A program made the translations under genes and the position numbers. A stretch of 64,000 nt of DNA from UHGV virus genome UHGV-1376660. The stretch is one strand, 5' to 3'. This document shows, piece by piece, positions 47,438 through 56,633 of this stretch (positions are counted from its first letter, which is position 1; each line of letters begins with the position of its first letter). A model generated the notes under the pieces. It was not told the origin of the DNA and searched no databases. It was given only the letters and a program-made list of their open reading frames with translations. Source of the DNA: a virus.

Positions 47438-47464
47438 ATATAAGTAAATACCTACTTATTTTTA
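47438..47464. promoter_or_regulatory. Palindrome-family element TATAAGTAAATACCTACTTATTTTTAT
   Basis: Sequence inspection. Confidence 0.45.
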
Positions 47465-47499
47465 TGGTGATGACAATATCTCAACCGTATGGGGGCTTA

Positions 47500-47994
47500 T
47501 TACTTCGGATCGCGAAACAGCATCTGCGTGCCTTTGGGGGACGTGTCGAAAAGGTGAAAACCTCTGCGTTTTAGCATGTCGGCCATTTGCGAGGATTTGA
47601 CGTAGCACTTCGCCATCATCGGCTGGCTCGGGTTTGAATCGATCATGTCGGACACCAGCATTGACCCATAGCCTTTCCCGCGCAGCTCTTTGACGATACT
47701 GACGGCACGGAGTTCAAGTCGTGGCGCACCGGTTGGATCGAGTGCGGCACAGAACCAGATTAGCCCTGCTTTTTTGTCATCAGAACGGCGCAGCAGGATG
47801 TAGATATAATGCCCGGAGTATTGGCCCTGCTCGTTCGTCTGGATGGCCAGCCTGGTCTGCTTCTCAAAGGTTTTACCACCCTTTGATGTGAGGATCTCTT
47901 CGTAGAAGTGACCCTTGCGTGCGCCGTCTTCGAACTCACCCATGATAAATGGCATGTCTGCCACAGTTGCTGCCCTTGAATAAAATTCACTCAT
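47500..47994 (-). CDS. GNAT-family N-acetyltransferase
   Basis: Motif A-like LRGKGYGSMLV. Confidence 0.55.
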   Translation of the reverse strand: MSEFYSRAATVADMPFIMGEFEDGARKGHFYEEILTSKGGKTFEKQTRLAIQTNEQGQYSGHYIYILLRRSDDKKAGLIWFCAALDPTGAPRLELRAVSIVKELRGKGYGSMLVSDMIDSNPSQPMMAKCYVKSSQMADMLKRRGFHLFDTSPKGTQMLFRDPK

Positions 47995-48069
47995 GTATTA
48001 ATCCCTAAAGCTCTCAGTGTCTTTCTAAGACACCATATTTTATGCCCCGGTAAAACCATGAGTTTACGT

Positions 48070-48714
48070 TTAAAACGTCTCAGGGGGCTTCTGACGCGCT
48101 ACGCTGATGTCGATTACCCCAGCTTTTGGGCGAGGGTCGACAAGATTCAACTCTTCAGCGCTGTGATACTCCGTATCGAACTCCCGATCGACATGGCGAA
48201 TGTAGATGGCCGTGAGAAGGCTGTCGTCGTTCAGGAAGTGTCCGTAGGATTTGCGGATCACTTCGCCAACCTTCTCGATCTTCTCCCCACCCATGCAAAG
48301 ATGGTTAAACCGGCTATGTTTCCGCAGCATCTCATCCACCGGGCCGGAGTAGACCTTATCGACTCTCCCGAACCGGATGATATTTCCAGTATCAGCCTCA
48401 ACCAGACAAACGAGCTTGCCAGGTTCGACCCGGTCTCGCCATGTTACACCAGAGCGGAGTGTGTTGAAGTAGGGAGCGTCTAATCCGATGATCGGTTTAC
48501 GAAATGCCAGCAGTGGCACGTAACGTATGCAGCTGTTCAGGTGGAAGTGCGCACCGGCGTCGTGGAGTTTGAGCCGGGTTTCGTTAATCGGGCACTTCGA
48601 CGCAATGCCACACAGGTCGCAGAGCAACTTCTGTTTGTTCAGGCTAGTGTTCGATTCAATAGTGTAGGAGCCATCTTCAAGACGGCGAACCCAGCGCGTG
48701 CGTTTGAGATCCAT
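48070..48714 (-). CDS. Hypothetical protein
   Basis: 214-aa ORF. Confidence 0.4.
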   Translation of the reverse strand: MDLKRTRWVRRLEDGSYTIESNTSLNKQKLLCDLCGIASKCPINETRLKLHDAGAHFHLNSCIRYVPLLAFRKPIIGLDAPYFNTLRSGVTWRDRVEPGKLVCLVEADTGNIIRFGRVDKVYSGPVDEMLRKHSRFNHLCMGGEKIEKVGEVIRKSYGHFLNDDSLLTAIYIRHVDREFDTEYHSAEELNLVDPRPKAGVIDISVARQKPPETF

Positions 48715-48813
48715 AATTCTTATTCAAATAGTTTTGTCCGGGGCAACGATAACTGACAAGGCGCACCGATGTTTGCAAATGCCTGTTTTACTTATACCCA
48801 TTATTCACAGGAC

Positions 48814-48872
48814 CGATCCAATAATTAGATCCCCAGAGAGATCCTACAGAAGATCAAAAGAGATCCCCGATC
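48814..48872. promoter_or_regulatory. GATC cluster (6 Dam sites in ~60 bp) within a ~100-bp unit duplicated at 49185-49290 (3 GATC)
   Basis: CGATCC AGATCC AGATCC AGATCA AGATCC CGATCG. Confidence 0.6.
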
Positions 48873-48899
48873 GTCTCAAGCCGTTGCGGTTACTGGCCT

Positions 48900-49440
48900 G
48901 AGAGGGGGTTACTATCCACTATGGGGAGGAAAGTAACCTCTGTAGAGAGCATAATAACCGCTATGAAGAGCAAAACAACCTCTCTGGAGAGTGGTCGGTA
49001 TCCACTGTAGTGAGTAGGAGACATTGTCTTAACTGGATAACTCAGTGCCTGTATTTCTACGTCAGGTGGCTGATATTCATAGAGATGTTGGAAGGTTTGC
49101 GTTCAGGCGTGTTTGTTTCGACCACACATTATCCCCAGAAGGGGAGTAATGGCTGGTTTTGCAATTACCTGATTTTTATACACAGGCCCGATCCAGTAAT
49201 TCAGATCCCAAAGAGAACCAAAGAGACCCACAAAGACCCAAAAAGATCCCCGCACCCCGCAAACCGTTGTGCCACATGGCTTTAGAGGTGATCACTATCC
49301 ACTATAGAGAGAAGATCAGCCACTATGAAGAGCAAACCAACCACTGTAGAGAGTAGAAAAACCACTATAGGCGGTAGGATAACCGCTGTGATGAGTGCTA
49401 CTATCCACTGTAATCAGTAAAGGCCACCAAAGCCGTCGAA
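48900..49440 (+). repeat. Upstream iteron arrays (two sub-clusters, at least 10 copies of CCACTrTrGAGAGTAG-type 16-19-bp repeats; several resemble DnaA boxes, e.g. CTATCCACT)
   Basis: Direct repeats read from the sequence. Confidence 0.75.
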
Positions 49441-49458
49441 TAAAAAGAGACATTTGGA

Positions 49459-50514
49459 ATGAGCGAAAACGGCAATAAAAACATAGCGATCGTTGAAGCA
49501 TTCTCAGAAACAGACAAAAAGTCCGGCGAAGTTGTTACGTTGGTTCCTAACACCAACAACACAGTTCAGCCCGTTGCTCTGATGCGTCTTGGTCTCTTCG
49601 TTCCGACGCTGAAATCGACCTCCAGGGGCAGAAAGGGGCAAATGGTCTCTATGGACGCCTCTGCTGAACTCAAACAGCTGTCTCTGGCAAAAGCCGAAGG
49701 GTATGAGGACATAAGGATCTCTGGCGTTCGTCTGGATATGGATAACGACTTCAAAACGTGGGTAGGCATCATCCACGCGTTCGCCAAGCACAAGGTTGTT
49801 GGCGACACTGTCACGTTACCGTTTGTCGAGTTCGTCAGGCTTTGTGGCATACCAACGGCCAGATCATCCGCGAAGTTACGTAAGCGCCTGGACAGTTCTC
49901 TAACCCGTATCGCCACAAACACTATCTCATTCCGCACTAAAGGCTCTGAAGAGTATTACGTGACGCACCTTGTGCAGACAGCAAAGTACAGCACCAAGAA
50001 TGACACGGTCTCGCTGCAGGCTGATCCTAAGATTTTCGAACTCTACCAGTTCGACAAAAAGGTTCTTCTGCAACTCCGGGCAATCAACGAACTCTCCAGA
50101 AAAGAATCCGCGCAGGCGCTCTACACCTTCATCGAAAGTTTGCCACCTGACCCGGCACCAATCTCGTTGGCTCGCTTACGCGCCAGACTTAACTTAACCA
50201 GCCGCACCATTACCCAGAACGCGACAGTCAGGAAGGCGATGGAACAGCTGCGGGAGATCGGCTATCTCGATTACACCGAAGTGAAGCGCGGCAGCTCGGT
50301 CTACTTCATCATCCACTATAGGCGGCCGAAGTTACGCCCGGCATTGCCACCAGTTAAAGCTGCGTCGGAAGAACCAGAAGACATCTTGCCTGGTGATGAT
50401 CAGGAGGACATTATCGATGTTGTTCCTGAAGAAAAAGACGGTGAGATGGTCATGCTGAGCAAGGAAGAACTGGCGATTCTCGAAGAGCTGCGCAAGGCAA
50501 AGGCTCGCAAATAG
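49459..50514 (+). CDS. repA: Plasmid-type replication initiator (RepA/RepE-like, iteron-binding)
   Basis: 351-aa plus-strand ORF flanked on both sides by iteron arrays, the same architecture as P1/F-type replicons; not confirmed by search. Confidence 0.65.
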   Translation: MSENGNKNIAIVEAFSETDKKSGEVVTLVPNTNNTVQPVALMRLGLFVPTLKSTSRGRKGQMVSMDASAELKQLSLAKAEGYEDIRISGVRLDMDNDFKTWVGIIHAFAKHKVVGDTVTLPFVEFVRLCGIPTARSSAKLRKRLDSSLTRIATNTISFRTKGSEEYYVTHLVQTAKYSTKNDTVSLQADPKIFELYQFDKKVLLQLRAINELSRKESAQALYTFIESLPPDPAPISLARLRARLNLTSRTITQNATVRKAMEQLREIGYLDYTEVKRGSSVYFIIHYRRPKLRPALPPVKAASEEPEDILPGDDQEDIIDVVPEEKDGEMVMLSKEELAILEELRKAKARK

Positions 50515-50519
50515 CCCAA

Positions 50520-51120
50520 CCACTGTAGAGAGTAGAAAGGCTCACTATCCGCTGTAGTGGGCCTTTTGTTTATCTGAAATCAGCTATCCACTGTAGTGAG
50601 TAACAACAACCGAAGAGTAACCACTGTAGGCAGTAGTGCTCAAATAACGAAATAAATGTTAGTGGTTACAAACATAGATGAAACAAGGGCTGCGAGGTTA
50701 GTGGTCACTGGGTGACTTGTTAAATCCACTCTCTATAGTGGTTATCGTTGCTCCCTTCGCTATTGGCTATCCACTGTGGAGAGCAGAACCGGTTGGCTGG
50801 ATATACTATCCACTGTGGAGAGTAGATATCCGCTGAAAACAGTGAAGGTTTACTCTCCATAGTGGATACCCGCTGGAGGGCGCATTCCATCACTCTCTAT
50901 AGTGGTTGTTTGCTGCGAATAAACGCCTGTTTACTCTCTACAGTGGATAGCGACGCCGATAAACGCCACTTTACTCACTACAGTGGATACAGGATGTCAC
51001 GACAGGAGTTTACTCACTACAGTGGTTGGGTTGCATACCTGAATGGCGCTCTACTCACTACAGTGGTTATGAGCCGGATACGCACGCGGTGAGCTGGCTA
51101 CTCACCGCAGTGGTTAGTGT
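50520..51120 (+). repeat. Downstream iteron array (about 12 copies, both orientations: CCACTGTAGAGAGTAG / CTACTCACTACAGTGG)
   Basis: Direct and inverted repeats read from the sequence. Confidence 0.75.
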
Positions 51121-51122
51121 TA

Positions 51123-51338
51123 TCAGTGGATTTTCTTCAGCAAACCCCAGAGTGTCCCGGCCTTTGTCGTGAGCTTACCTGTTTCCGGATCGTACATGCG
51201 CCATTCGCGACGCTGGTGGACAATAACACCGTCCTCACGTTCCAGACGCTCTAGCACGCCGGGTTGCTTAAACCCTTTGGCACGCCAGTAGCCGCTTGTT
51301 TTTTCGATTTCCAGACCTGCCAGTGTAACCGCCATCAA
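51123..51338 (-). CDS. Hypothetical small protein
   Basis: 71-aa ORF. Confidence 0.35.
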   Translation of the reverse strand: MMAVTLAGLEIEKTSGYWRAKGFKQPGVLERLEREDGVIVHQRREWRMYDPETGKLTTKAGTLWGLLKKIH

Positions 51339-51670
51339 CCAACCTCCTTGCAGTCATCGAAAAGGTAGCTGGCGTTCTTCGCGTGAACGCCGTAGACATC
51401 ACCTGATTTGTTGTAAACGAACTTATCTTCACCAACGCCAGACAGTTTGCCGTTACGTTTGGTGAGATAGGGGGAAGACAGGACGCGATCATCGCGCACA
51501 ACATAAAACTGTTCGCCGCTGTCCACAACCATCGCGCCGTAGCTGGCTTTGACGACATTGCGGATCACGTCGTTTTTCACTTCGGCCACTGACATCTCAC
51601 ACTCATAGACGTGCGTGTCCGCGTAGACAGGGAGGGAGATCAGCGCCAGAGCCAGGGCTGTTTTCTTCAT
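51335..51670 (-). CDS. Hypothetical periplasmic protein (signal peptide MKKTALALALISLPVYA)
   Basis: Signal peptide; 111 aa. Confidence 0.45.
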   Translation of the reverse strand: MKKTALALALISLPVYADTHVYECEMSVAEVKNDVIRNVVKASYGAMVVDSGEQFYVVRDDRVLSSPYLTKRNGKLSGVGEDKFVYNKSGDVYGVHAKNASYLFDDCKEVG

Positions 51671-51846
51671 GCCACGACTCCTTTGATAACGCCGAATGCT
51701 GAGTCGAATACCAGCACTACGGCCAGCGCATTAACCATCGCGCCATTAACAGGCGCCAGCGCTTTACGGATTGCTCCGGTGAAGATGCAATCGAGCACAA
51801 AAGCTATCGAGACAATAAGTAATAAAGTGTCTAATACAGTTTTCAT
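51670..51846 (-). CDS. Small hydrophobic membrane protein (~58 aa; not in the ORF track because <60 aa)
   Basis: Minus-strand ORF MKTVLDTLLLIVSIAFVLDCIFTGAIRKALAPVNGAMVNALAVVLVFDSAFGVIKGVVA; ATGA overlap with downstream gene. Confidence 0.35.
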
Positions 51847-51876
51847 GATAGGTAGATACTAACTTATATATTTTTT
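51845..51876. promoter_or_regulatory. Palindrome-family element ATGATAGGTAGATACTAACTTATATATTTTTT
   Basis: Sequence inspection. Confidence 0.45.
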
Positions 51877-51886
51877 GCTGTAAATA

Positions 51887-52162
51887 TCACTCAAAAGTGC
51901 TGATGCCTAAGATACGCTCAAGATGAGCCGCGTCTTCATCGCTTACCGGCATCGTGTCGTCGACGTACCAGCAACTACCGTTGTGCCAACAAACACCGTC
52001 ATCATCGACATACACAGAATCTGCATCAATGCCTGTGTACTCAACGAGATTGCGCTCAATTGCCGCTTGAATTTCTTCATCGTTCAGCCCATCGCACTTG
52101 ACCATGAATAGCGGGTAAACGTCATAGTCGGTGCTGGCTGAAATTCGAACCAAAATCTTCAT
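51887..52162 (-). CDS. Hypothetical protein
   Basis: Probable start MKILVRIS with SD AAGGAG; palindrome element 52177-52198 just upstream. Confidence 0.4.
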   Translation of the reverse strand: MKILVRISASTDYDVYPLFMVKCDGLNDEEIQAAIERNLVEYTGIDADSVYVDDDGVCWHNGSCWYVDDTMPVSDEDAAHLERILGISTFE

Positions 52163-52230
52163 GTGTCTTCTCCTTGTTGGTAAGTACTTATTTATATTAA
52201 TGTGCGCCATGCGGCGCACAATCATTGTGT

Positions 52231-52641
52231 TCAGGCTGGTGAAAAGAACTTCTCCAGCGTGCGGTCGACAGCTTTATCGATGTGCATCAGATGCCAGACG
52301 ACCATATCTTTACTTCCCATACCGCGGGTGTAGATCACGTCGAACTTACGCCAGGCGGCGTGAAACCAGTGCGGTGTATCATCAACCGGCAGATTCTCTC
52401 CAGCCTCCTTGAAGTACTTGAGCAGCATGGCCTGTTCAGCGGTGGGCGTCGGGCCAATCTCTTCCGCGTACATTCTGATGAAACGCTGCCAGTCGGCTTC
52501 ATCTTCTGAAGGTTCCGGTGCGTTCATCTCTGCAATCGCCTCACGCAGCTGCGTCGCCCATTCTGGCTCCGGGAAGCCCTGGGCAATTTCGGTATCCACT
52601 ACATCCAGCGCAGCGTTGGCCGCGTCATACAGTTTCTTCAC
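52231..52641 (-). CDS. Hypothetical protein
   Basis: 136-aa ORF. Confidence 0.4.
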   Translation of the reverse strand: MKKLYDAANAALDVVDTEIAQGFPEPEWATQLREAIAEMNAPEPSEDEADWQRFIRMYAEEIGPTPTAEQAMLLKYFKEAGENLPVDDTPHWFHAAWRKFDVIYTRGMGSKDMVVWHLMHIDKAVDRTLEKFFSPA

Positions 52642-53014
52642 GCTTTTTCTCCTGCATTAAAAGGAACACGGTCATTGCCGCTCTGAAAGGGTTAGGGTTC
52701 TGGATCAGATGTTGTGGCGTTGAGCTATCCACCTTTCTGTGGGCCGCTCTCCACTCGCCAGGCTGTCTGGCGGGGATTACGCCGATTCTGTGTCGATAAA
52801 TAATGTCCCACGCATCTTCCGGATCGTTACACCAGTCGAAGGTTCCGGCTCCGTTCGGGCCGATTGCGACCACTGCTGTGTAATCGCCTTCCTGTGAGCC
52901 TTTCCAGCCATATTGTGAGATAAGCGGTCGATGGCCGGTGGCTTCCGCGACCAGGCAGTTAATCTCAAAGTCCGTCATCTCGCTGTAATTTTTCATTCCC
53001 GATCTCCTTCTCAT
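52625..53014 (-). CDS. Hypothetical protein
   Basis: 129-aa ORF behind promoter-motif copy 53079-53112. Confidence 0.4.
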   Translation of the reverse strand: MRRRSGMKNYSEMTDFEINCLVAEATGHRPLISQYGWKGSQEGDYTAVVAIGPNGAGTFDWCNDPEDAWDIIYRHRIGVIPARQPGEWRAAHRKVDSSTPQHLIQNPNPFRAAMTVFLLMQEKKREETV

Positions 53015-53078
53015 CCGTTGCCGAACAACTATGTGGCGTTGTCACTTTGTACTTCTACGGATGCTAATTCCGTATTAG

Positions 53079-53112
53079 TAACCAATTTGTTTTCTTGTTG
53101 GTGATAATATGG
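53079..53112 (-). promoter_or_regulatory. Conserved early promoter/operator motif copy
   Basis: TAACCAATTTGTTTTCTTGTTGGTGATAATATGG. Confidence 0.6.
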
Positions 53113-53115
53113 AAA

Positions 53116-53140
53116 TAAAAAAGGCGTCCAAGTGGACGCC
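53116..53140 (-). terminator. Rho-independent terminator (GGCGTCCAAGTGGACGCC + T-run on the minus strand); stem family reused at 54256 and 56594
   Basis: GC-rich stem, A6 on plus gives T6 on minus. Confidence 0.6.
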
Positions 53141-53158
53141 GTATCTTTGAAAAGGCTG

Positions 53159-53989
53159 TTACTTCAACGCGATAAACGGAGTATTAGCCCCTTCAGTCAT
53201 GTACTGAGGCAACTGGCCATTCCATTTGTTGATGGCTTCCAGCTCCATGACGTTCGGGTTCTGACGTAATGCTTCACCGCGCAACTTGATGGCATCAGCT
53301 TCTGCTTGAGCACGCTTGCGGATAGCGTCGGCTTCACCTTCGGCTTGTTCACGCAGCATGTTCGCTTCTGCCTTGCGCTGCTCAACTTCCTGCTGGCGCT
53401 GGAGCGTTTTCTGGTTCGCGGTCACTTTGGCATTGATAGATTCGATGACAGTGTCCGGATAGTCTGGTTTGCCCACCCATGACAGGCTAATAACCTCAAT
53501 ACCTACCGGTGACATTTCTGCCTGAATGTCTTTCAGCGCATTGTCGAGCAGAGACGCCTTGCCACCGTCGATGAACGTGTCGGTAGTCATGCGGCTGGCC
53601 AGACGGTTCAGTGAGTCCGCAATCTTCTGGCGCAGATCAGTGTCGGTAATGTCATCAACACCTTTGCGATAGGTCTGGAATACGGTAGTTACTTTGTCGC
53701 GATTAACCAGATATGCCACACCAATTTTGTGGCCGATGGCTGTACCGTCGCTCATCTGGAATGTGAACGGCTCATCGTAGGTTTTCATCTGTTTGAAAGT
53801 GGGGAAGGTGTACAGCTCGGTATTCAGACCAGTCCACTGACGGCCAACGCCGACAACTTCACCGATACCTTTGTCTTCACCCAATTTGTTTACCTTAATG
53901 CCAACGTATCCCGGTTCCACGCGATCGCAGCCGGTCAGACCCATTGTGCAAATAGCAGCCAAAGCCACCGCCAGTAAACCTTTCTTCAT
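53159..53989 (-). CDS. SPFH/Band-7 (prohibitin/HflK-like) domain lipoprotein
   Basis: Lipobox LTGC after signal peptide; Ala/Glu/Gln-rich coiled region typical of SPFH C-termini. Confidence 0.65.
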   Translation of the reverse strand: MKKGLLAVALAAICTMGLTGCDRVEPGYVGIKVNKLGEDKGIGEVVGVGRQWTGLNTELYTFPTFKQMKTYDEPFTFQMSDGTAIGHKIGVAYLVNRDKVTTVFQTYRKGVDDITDTDLRQKIADSLNRLASRMTTDTFIDGGKASLLDNALKDIQAEMSPVGIEVISLSWVGKPDYPDTVIESINAKVTANQKTLQRQQEVEQRKAEANMLREQAEGEADAIRKRAQAEADAIKLRGEALRQNPNVMELEAINKWNGQLPQYMTEGANTPFIALK

Positions 53990-53992
53990 TAC

Positions 53993-54193
53993 TTACTTCT
54001 CCTTAGTTTTGTTGAGTGAGTTGATATACCTGCGGCCAGCTTTTAACAAGGCAACCGGGAAGACTACAGCGATGGCAAGTCCGATAAATAAGGCCAGATC
54101 GCTTTTAGCTGAGATAAGCGATGGAACCAGTAAACCGTAGATAAAGCAGACTGATATCACCGCTGAAACAGCCATGAGATAACCCTTGATCAT
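53993..54193 (-). CDS. Small 2-TM membrane protein (possible NfeD-like partner of the SPFH protein)
   Basis: 66 aa, two hydrophobic helices, ends KTKEK. Confidence 0.4.
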   Translation of the reverse strand: MIKGYLMAVSAVISVCFIYGLLVPSLISAKSDLALFIGLAIAVVFPVALLKAGRRYINSLNKTKEK

Positions 54194-54220
54194 GTGTTTC
54201 CTTTTGTCGTTTTGGTGTAG

Positions 54221-54248
54221 AAATGATAAGTAAGTACTTATATATTTT
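54221..54248. promoter_or_regulatory. Palindrome-family element AAATGATAAGTAAGTACTTATATATTTT
   Basis: Sequence inspection. Confidence 0.5.
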
Positions 54249-54283
54249 CAAGTATAAAAAGGCGTCCAACGGACGCCTTGTGA

Positions 54284-55360
54284 TTACGCTTCTTCTGTCT
54301 CTGCTGGGGACGACTCTTTCGCTCGCCGTTCGTCTATCGCCTGGAGTGCTGCGATGATTTCCGGGAGTGGCTTCTCGCGGTACATCTCGACGATCTGCGA
54401 TTTGGTGTATTTCTTATCGCCAATTTCCACACGCCCGCTGGCGTTCTTGGGCAGGTATCCTTCCTCCAGCATGTACTCAACCAGCGATTCGATGACGTCC
54501 AGCCCGCGAGTCGGGTCGAAGTAGAATTTCCATGAGCATTTGCCAAACGGAGGCGCGACTTTGTTTTTAATGCACTCGGCGCCAACGTCCTGTCCGATCT
54601 TCTCTTTGCCATCCTTCATAACGGATGCGCCCAGACGGATGCGCACCGACGCGTAGAACTTCGGAGAGTCGCCACCTGGAGACGTCGTCGGATCGCCAAA
54701 CATCACGCCAATTTTGGTACGCACCTGGTTCAAGAAGATGATGCACGCGTTGTACTTACGCGCCCAAAGCGCCAGAGTAGGGAAGTTCGCACTCGTCGCG
54801 CGCGCCAGCGCCGTGTTGTCGTTCATGTTCAGCTGATCTTTGTCCTTCGCAGTGCCTTCTGCCATCTTGTCGAACTTCTCAGCCTTCGAGTTCGGAACCA
54901 TCGACGCCAGAGAGTCGGCAACGATGCAGATAGGGGCTGTTTCCGGGATAAGCTCTTCGTCGCGCACCAGCTTGAGGATTGTGCCGATCAGCTCGACGGA
55001 ATCTTCGAAGGTATCCGGCTGTTTGTAGACCCACTGACCGTCGTCTTCGTCGGCGTTCAGTCCGTTCGCTACCGCCAGACCAACGTCGAAACTGTTTTCG
55101 TGGTCAAGGAATACGGCCAGACCATCCTGTTTCTGTGCTGACACCATTGCAGCCGTCGCCAAAAAGGTTTTACCGGCGCTTGGTGGCCCGAAGACTTCAA
55201 CGATACGCCCACACGGAAAACCACCGTCGTAACGTCCGGAAATGGCTTTGTTCAGTGGAGGGAAACCGGAGTCAATCCAGTGGGAGACCTTCTGGATCTC
55301 GTCATTGCTGCCGATTTTCTTTTTCAGCGCCAGTGCCAGTGCGGATTTGCCTTTTGCCAT
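54284..55360 (-). CDS. recA: RecA-family recombinase (closer to bacterial RecA than to T4 UvsX)
   Basis: GRIVEVFGPPSAGKTF (Walker A), FLNQVRTKIGVMFGDPTTSPGGDSPKFYASVRI, KNKVAPPF closely parallel E. coli RecA. Confidence 0.9.
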   Translation of the reverse strand: MAKGKSALALALKKKIGSNDEIQKVSHWIDSGFPPLNKAISGRYDGGFPCGRIVEVFGPPSAGKTFLATAAMVSAQKQDGLAVFLDHENSFDVGLAVANGLNADEDDGQWVYKQPDTFEDSVELIGTILKLVRDEELIPETAPICIVADSLASMVPNSKAEKFDKMAEGTAKDKDQLNMNDNTALARATSANFPTLALWARKYNACIIFLNQVRTKIGVMFGDPTTSPGGDSPKFYASVRIRLGASVMKDGKEKIGQDVGAECIKNKVAPPFGKCSWKFYFDPTRGLDVIESLVEYMLEEGYLPKNASGRVEIGDKKYTKSQIVEMYREKPLPEIIAALQAIDERRAKESSPAETEEA

Positions 55361-55362
55361 GA

Positions 55363-55629
55363 TTAGGCTCCTTTTGATTCGTTGATTCGCTTCGAAGCAG
55401 CGGCTTCGTCAAACTTGATTGCGTCGTGGTTCAGGTGTTTGGCGACGCGAGCGATGATCTTCACGACCTGCTCGCTGACCAGCGCGAACTCACGCTCAGT
55501 AGCAGAAATGCCAGCAGCGCCCAGAATGTTCGGCAGCGCCACCACAGCGTGCTCGCCGTGGCAGAAGACAATCTCTTTAGCCAGCATGGTTGGCGTAGTT
55601 GCCCCGCCATTAATGATGGATTTCAGCAT
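55363..55629 (-). CDS. Hypothetical protein
   Basis: 88-aa ORF between recA and the FEN gene. Confidence 0.35.
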   Translation of the reverse strand: MLKSIINGGATTPTMLAKEIVFCHGEHAVVALPNILGAAGISATEREFALVSEQVVKIIARVAKHLNHDAIKFDEAAASKRINESKGA

Positions 55630-56624
55630 CAGCAGTACCTCTCAAATGGCAGAACAAACACTTCCAGATCTTCCAGAAACGACCGGAAATTCAGCTCGTA
55701 ACACATCTGTTCGAAGGCATTCATGTCGCGTGCGCCTTTAATCGACTCGATTTCGCTGGGTGGGAATTTTGTGTCGATAAGGTTCATCAGCATCATGTTG
55801 CGCTTAAAGGCTTCGAGCATCCGGCAGCCCGTCTTCTCGTTGAAGGCGTTCTTTGCCAGCTTGTTGAATGCCGTCTTATAGCGACCTTTGTTGATGACAA
55901 TGGAGCCGTCGTTAATGCCGCGTACCATTGCGGCCACGCTTCCCCATTCATGAAGCAGCTCTTTCGCGCCACCATCACCAATGCCGCCGACGCCTTTGAT
56001 GTTGTCCGAGTTATCGCCCTGCAACGCTTTCGCTTCCAGAAACGCTCGTGGCGTTGGCAGACCGGTCAGCTCTGCGAACTGTTCGAAGTTCACCTGCTTG
56101 TGCTTGGCATCTTCACGCAGGCTTACCCAGCTCACATTCTCGCGAACCAGCTGGAGCCAGTCGCCATCGCCAGTCAGCAGGTAGATGCGATCGACGGTCG
56201 GCTGCGGAGCCAGGCGAGAGACCAGCATTCCAGCCAGGTCGTCCGCTTCTGCGTCCTTTGCAATGAGTTGGTTAACGCCCAGCGCGGTCATCATTTTCAA
56301 GATGTACGGCTTCTGGATGGCAAAGCCTTCTTTCATCTTCTTCATATCCGGGTCGTCATCGCGATTCGCTTTGTACTCCGGGTAGAAGTCGCGACGTTTG
56401 TCGCTGAATCCATCCCACAAGATCATTGGGCGGGCATGGAGAATTGAGGCGTAACGACGAACGTTCTTCACGAAGCCAAAAGCCGCCTGAACTTCCATCT
56501 CGCCGTTGTGTAATTTGTCGGATTGCTGGTGGTAATAGCCCAGGCTGTTACCGTCCACAAAGAGATAATTCACCGGTACACTCCTTCCAAAAAGTAAGGC
56601 GTCCGTAGACGCCTTACTGGTCAC
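55629..56624 (-). CDS. 5'-3' exonuclease / flap endonuclease (T5 D15 / Pol I 5'-exo family)
   Basis: LFVDGNSLGYY, AKDAEADDLAGML, LLTGDGD, QGDNSDNIKGVGGIG (H3TH) motifs. Confidence 0.85.
   Translation of the reverse strand: MTSKASTDALLFGRSVPVNYLFVDGNSLGYYHQQSDKLHNGEMEVQAAFGFVKNVRRYASILHARPMILWDGFSDKRRDFYPEYKANRDDDPDMKKMKEGFAIQKPYILKMMTALGVNQLIAKDAEADDLAGMLVSRLAPQPTVDRIYLLTGDGDWLQLVRENVSWVSLREDAKHKQVNFEQFAELTGLPTPRAFLEAKALQGDNSDNIKGVGGIGDGGAKELLHEWGSVAAMVRGINDGSIVINKGRYKTAFNKLAKNAFNEKTGCRMLEAFKRNMMLMNLIDTKFPPSEIESIKGARDMNAFEQMCYELNFRSFLEDLEVFVLPFERYC
56594..56617 (-). terminator. Rho-independent terminator (GTAAGGCGTCCGTAGACGCCTTAC + T5 on the minus strand)
   Basis: Follows the SSB stop. Confidence 0.55.
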
Positions 56625-56633
56625 GTTATGGGA

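Noticed and set aside
48900-51120. Possible CRISPR array, given the many short repeats
   Set aside because: The repeats are iterons of variable spacing and both orientations, with no regular repeat-spacer periodicity and no cas genes. They flank a rep gene instead.
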